Source: an uncultured Chloroflexia bacterium
GTDB lineage: Bacteria > Chloroflexota > Anaerolineae > CG2-30-64-16
Direction of reading: 5' to 3'
NCBI GenBank assembly: GCA_963808455.1
Contig: CAWEHT010000155.1
Span: 1 to 57,521, forward strand
Length of the DNA: 57,521 nt
How positions within the stretch are numbered: position 1 is the first letter of the stretch; every line of letters starts with the position of its first letter. Of this stretch, positions 53,427 to 57,521 are shown in pieces. The translations under genes were made by a program, and so were the position numbers. The notes beneath the pieces are model-generated. The model was not told where the DNA came from. It saw nothing but the letters and a program-made list of their open reading frames with translations, and searched no databases.

Positions 53427-56057
53427 GTGAGCGTAACAGGCTGGGGAAAAGGGGAAATTTAAGCCAACCCGCCAGATAGGGTACATAATATACCTTGGCA
53501 AAACCATCAACCGAGCGAGGTTGGCTGCGTGCAAGGTACCATAGGACTGGGGAAAGCTCAACTGCTGGCGGGAGCCGTGGGGCATGGGCTGGTGATCGTC
53601 AGCATTCTGGCCTTGGCCTGCCTGGGGCAGGTGGTCCCAGAGCAGGCCGGGTGGGTGCTGGGCGGTCCAGGTACTGCCATGGTGCAGCGGCGCAGGAGCT
53701 GTGCCAGGGTTAGCTGGGAGCCAGCGAGTGGCGGGCAGGCGGAGCTTTGGCTGCAACTGGCGCAGACCTGGCAGGTTGCGCTGCTGCGCAGCCTGCTGTT
53801 ATGGGGTTTATGGCACGGCAGCGGGCCGCTGGGGCCCGCCTGGCTGGCGCTATGGCCGTGGGCGCTGTGGTTGTGGCGCAGTTTGGGTCTGGCTTGGCCG
53901 GGGCTAGGCCGCCGCCCGAGCTGGTACCACGTGGAGCATTGGCTGGCGCAGGGGCAGCGCTGGCTGACTTTGGGTTATGGCGGGCTGGTCCTGGCGCTCT
54001 GGTTACGGGCAGGCTGGGGGGTGGCTAGCCCAGCCGGTCAGGGCGCAGGCAGCGGGCGGGCCCGGCTGCTGGGGAGCAGGCTGCCTGGTCTGCGGCGGCG
54101 CCGAGCCGCGGGTCACGGTCGAGCGGCAGGCGGATGGCAGCTATCAGGCCACGTTGTGCGGGCACTTCACGCTGCAAGTAGCCGGGGACAGCCTGTTTCG
54201 CAGGCGGCTGCTGTTGCTGTTCCTGGGCTTGCTGGAGCGGCCCGGACCGCCGCGTAAAGGGCGGCGCACCCGCGATGGGCGCACACCGTTTGTCACGGAG
54301 AGGCAACTGGCCGTCTGGTTTGGTATGCCGCAGCCGGTGGTCAGTCGCTGGTATCGTTACTGGCTGCACGCCGATTGGGCCAACTTGCTGAGCCTGCACA
54401 GCGCCGAAGTGCTGACCAGGGAGTGGGTCGCGCGCATTGTGGCGGTCTGTGCCACGTTTCCCTGGTGGGGACCCGCACAGGTGCAGGCCCACCTGCGCAG
54501 CCAAGGTCTGCCGGTGAGTCAAGCGCAAGTGGCCCAGGCGTGGGCCCAGAGCGGTTGGTCCCAGCTGCGCCAGACCTTGTTTGAGCGCTATGATCTGAGC
54601 GGCGCGGCCCTACAACTGCGGGATGGTTGGTTGGTGGGCCAACTGCTGGCCCAGGTGCAGGGACTGTTGGAACGCCTGGAGGGTGGGCTGGCTGTGACGC
54701 CGGAACAGCGCCTGACCGTGGCCGACTTACAGCAGCTGGCGGCGGTGGCCCCAGGGCTGGCCGCACCGCCCGTGCCCGCCCAGCCCTGGCTGCGGCGGGT
54801 CGAACAGGTCCTCCTGGGACCGTGGCCGGCGGCGGGCGCCCCTTGTGCCGACCCAGTCCACTGTCCGAACTGCGGCTCGCCGCAGGTCCAGCCTAAAGGG
54901 CACCGGCCGCGCCTCAAGAAGTTCTACGATGACCAGCACCAGGTCCAGCAAGTGGCAGTCTATCGCTATGTCTGCGCCAATCCGCAGTGCCCGACGCAGA
55001 GCTTCACGGCGCTGCCCGCCGGACTGCTGCCCTATTCGCCCTACCGCACGGAGGTCCACCTGCTGGCCCTGCAGATGTATGCCTGGGGCTACAGCACCTA
55101 TCGCCGCACCGGCACGGCCTTGGGCGTGGCCAGCCTGACCGCCTGGCGCTGGGTCAGCGCCTGGGGCTACGACCTGCTGCCGGTGGCGGCCCTGTTTGGC
55201 GTCCTGAAGTCCAGCGGCGTGGTCGGCGTCGATGAAAAGTACGTGCTGGTGCCCAAAAATGACAAACCGGCCGGTGCCATGCGCCGCTGGATGTATGTTT
55301 ATCTGGCGGTGGACGCCTGGACCTACGACCTGCTGCACATCGCCCTCTACCCCGACAACAGCGACGCCAGCGCCCAGGCCTTCCTGCTGGCCTTGCGGGC
55401 CAAGGGCTACCACCCCCAGGTGCTCGTCACCGACCTGCGCCAGGACTATGGCCCGCTGATCGCTCAGGTCTTCCCGCAGGCCGTGCATCACGAATGCATC
55501 TTCCACGCCTTACAAAATGCGCAGAAGCATATCAAGGACGCCTATGGTCATGGACTACCAGACGGCCCATCCCGAAGCCGTGCACCTCAAGGGCCTCATC
55601 TACGCCATCTTCGAAGTCCAGACCCCGGCCCAGGCCCAAGAGCGCTACGCCGCCGTGCTGGCACTCCAAGCAGCCTATGTCCAGGCGCAGCCGGCCGCGC
55701 AGACCATCTTTGACTTCCTGGAGCGGCACTGGCCCAAGCTGGTGAATGCCATCGGCAGCGATCTGATTCCCACCACGAACAACACCGTGGAACGGACCAT
55801 CGGCCGTTTTGACCAACACTACCAAAATTTCTGCGGTTTCGAGTCCCTGGCGGATGCGCAACGCTACCTGGCCGTCTTCGAGAAGGTCTATCGTTTCACG
55901 CCCTTCTCGCAGGATGCTCAGCCCGGCGTCCGCGGCAAGGCGCCCCTGCAACTGGCGGGCTACGACATCAGCCACTTGCCGATGGCGACCCTCTGCTCCG
56001 GCCGCAGCATCATCTGGCCCACGGAGAGCCCTCGTGTCCCCAGCCCGTGACGCTCTC
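53427..56057 (+). mobile_element. Large (~2.63 kb) insertion sequence, copy 1; DDE transposase of IS256/ISH6/IS6-like type, family unassigned
   Basis: TIRs GTGAGCGTAACAGGCTGGGGA (53427-53447) and GAGAGCGTCACGGGCTGGGGA (reverse complement of 56037-56057); sequence repeats from 56065. Confidence 0.85.
53529..56050 (+). CDS. ~840-aa DDE transposase with hydrophobic N-terminal extension (apparent frameshifts near 54030-54075 and 55550)
   Basis: GAGGT RBS plus GTG; HTH-like TERQLAVWFG.PQPVVSRW; zinc ribbon CPNC...C....C; VGVDEK, YLAVD, VTD, CIFH, TTNN.VER; the stop lies inside the right TIR. Confidence 0.8.
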
Positions 56058-56064
56058 GTCTTTA

Positions 56065-57521
56065 GTGAGCGTAACAGGCTGGGGAAAGGGAAAATTTCAA
56101 GCCAACCCGCCAGATAGGGTACATAATATACCTTGGCAAAACCATCAACCGAGCGAGGTTGGCTGCGTGCAAGGTACCATAGGACTGGGGAAAGCTCAAC
56201 TGCTGGCGGGAGCCGTGGGGCATGGGCTGGTGATCGTCAGCATTCTGGCCTTGGCCTGCCTGGGGCAGGTGGTCCCAGAGCAGGCCGGGTGGGTGCTGGG
56301 CGGTCCAGGTACTGCCATGGTGCAGCGGCGCAGGAGCTGTGCCAGGGTTAGCTGGGAGCCAGCGAGTGGCGGGCAGGCGGAGCTTTGGCTGCAACTGGCG
56401 CAGACCTGGCAGGTTGCGCTGCTGCGCAGCCTGCTGTTATGGGGTTTATGGCACGGCAGCGGGCCGCTGGGGCCCGCCTGGCTGGCGCTATGGCCGTGGG
56501 CGCTGTGGTTGTGGCGCAGTTTGGGTCTGGCTTGGCCGGGGCTAGGCCGCCGCCCGAGCTGGTACCACGTGGAGCATTGGCTGGCGCAAGGGCAGCGCTG
56601 GTTGACTTTGGGTTATGGCGGGCTGGTCCTGGCGCTGTGGTTACGGGCGGGCTGGGGGGTGGCTGTCCCAGCGGTCAGGGCGCATGCCGCGGCTATGGCC
56701 CCGTTGCTGGGGACAGGCTGCCTGGTCTGCGGCAGCACCGAGCCGCGGGTCACGGTCGAGCGGCAGGCGGATGGCAGCTATCAGGCCACGTTGTGCGGGC
56801 ACTTCACGCTGCAAGTAGCCGGGGACAGCCTGTTTCGCAGGCGGCTGCTGTTGCTGTTCCTGGGCCTGCTGGAGCGGCCCGGACCGCCGCGTAAAGGGCG
56901 GCGCACCCGCGATGGGCGCACACCGTTTGTCACGGAGAGGCAACTGGCCGTCTGGTTTGGTACGCCGCAGCCGGTGGTCAGTCGCTGGTATCGTTACTGG
57001 CTGCACGCCGATTGGGCCAACTTGCTGGCCTGCACAGCGCCGAAGTGCTGACCAGGGAGTGGGTCGCGCGCATTGTGGCGGTCTGTGCCACGTTTCCCTG
57101 GTGGGGACCCGCACAGGTGCAGGCCCACCTGCGCAGCCAAGGTCTGCCGGTGAGTCAAGCGCAAGTGGCCCAGGCGTGGGCCCAGAGCGGTTGGTCCCAG
57201 CTGCGCCAGACCTTGTTTGAGCGCTATGATCTGAGCGGCCCTGCCCTACAACTGCGGGATGGTTGGTTGGTGGGCCAACTGCTGGCCCAGGTGCAGGGAC
57301 TGTTGGAACGCCTGGAGGGTGGGCTGGCTGTGACGCCGGAACAGCGCCTGACCGTGGCCGACTTACAGCAGCTGGCGGCGGTGGCCCCAGGGCTGGCCGC
57401 ACCGCCCGTGCCCGCCCAGCCCTGGCTGCGGCGGGTCGAACAGGTCCTCCGGGGACGGTGGCCGGCGGCGGGCGCCCCTTGTGCCGACCCAGTCCACTGT
57501 CCGAACTGCGGCTCGCCGCAG
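56065..57521 (+). mobile_element. Second, slightly diverged copy of the same IS in head-to-tail orientation (runs off the window)
   Basis: Starts GTGAGCGTAACAGGCTGGGGA 7 bp after copy 1; nearly identical to 53427 onward. Confidence 0.88.
56167..57521 (+). CDS. Transposase of copy 2, partial (apparent 1-bp deletion near 57028)
   Basis: One open frame joins the hydrophobic N-terminus to CLVCGSTEPRVTVER...TERQLAVWFG. Confidence 0.75.

Noticed and set aside
56047-56077. Hybrid junction promoter (GTGACG...TAACAG) and the read-through ORF starting at 56047
   Set aside because: Weak hexamer matches with a 19-bp spacer; the GTG at 56167 has an RBS and corresponds to the start used in copy 1

Overview
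GC-rich bacterial chromosomal window, most likely Chloroflexota (Anaerolineae-like). This is inferred from gene content: a bacterial translin, a 'WLPLIV'-motif secreted protein and a PBP1a with Ig-like tails. Many genes, including hisS and clpB, are broken by 1-bp indels, which look like long-read consensus errors rather than real pseudogenes. Layout: (1-11 kb) accessory region with redox enzymes, a HigBA relic, a secreted-protein cluster and an IS630; (11-31 kb) housekeeping run (peptidase T-like, recN, MFS, nadK, hisS, translin, ssb, ThiS/AOR, clpB, GT2, surE, PBP1a); (31.6-35 kb) toxin-antitoxin cluster; (35-42 kb) late menaquinone genes (ubiD/mqnL, mqnP, menG, ubiX) wrapped around an ABC importer; (42-49 kb) BMP nucleoside ABC transporter and an MsmX-type ATPase; (49-53 kb) a ~550-bp structured palindromic non-coding element, an aldo/keto reductase and membrane proteins; (53.4 kb-end) a head-to-tail pair of a ~2.63-kb IS. 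Three observations stand out. (i) The IS encodes a ~840-aa DDE transposase with a Trp-rich hydrophobic N-terminal extension that shows synonymous-only changes between the two copies over a 33-codon stretch. (ii) A small TA/CTAG-targeting MITE family is present in 3 copies; one copy shares its target TA with the IS630 inside a gene whose reading frame is restored when both are removed. (iii) The quinone-pathway operon may be a precursor-salvage system. All functional calls come from motif recognition only; no database searches were run.
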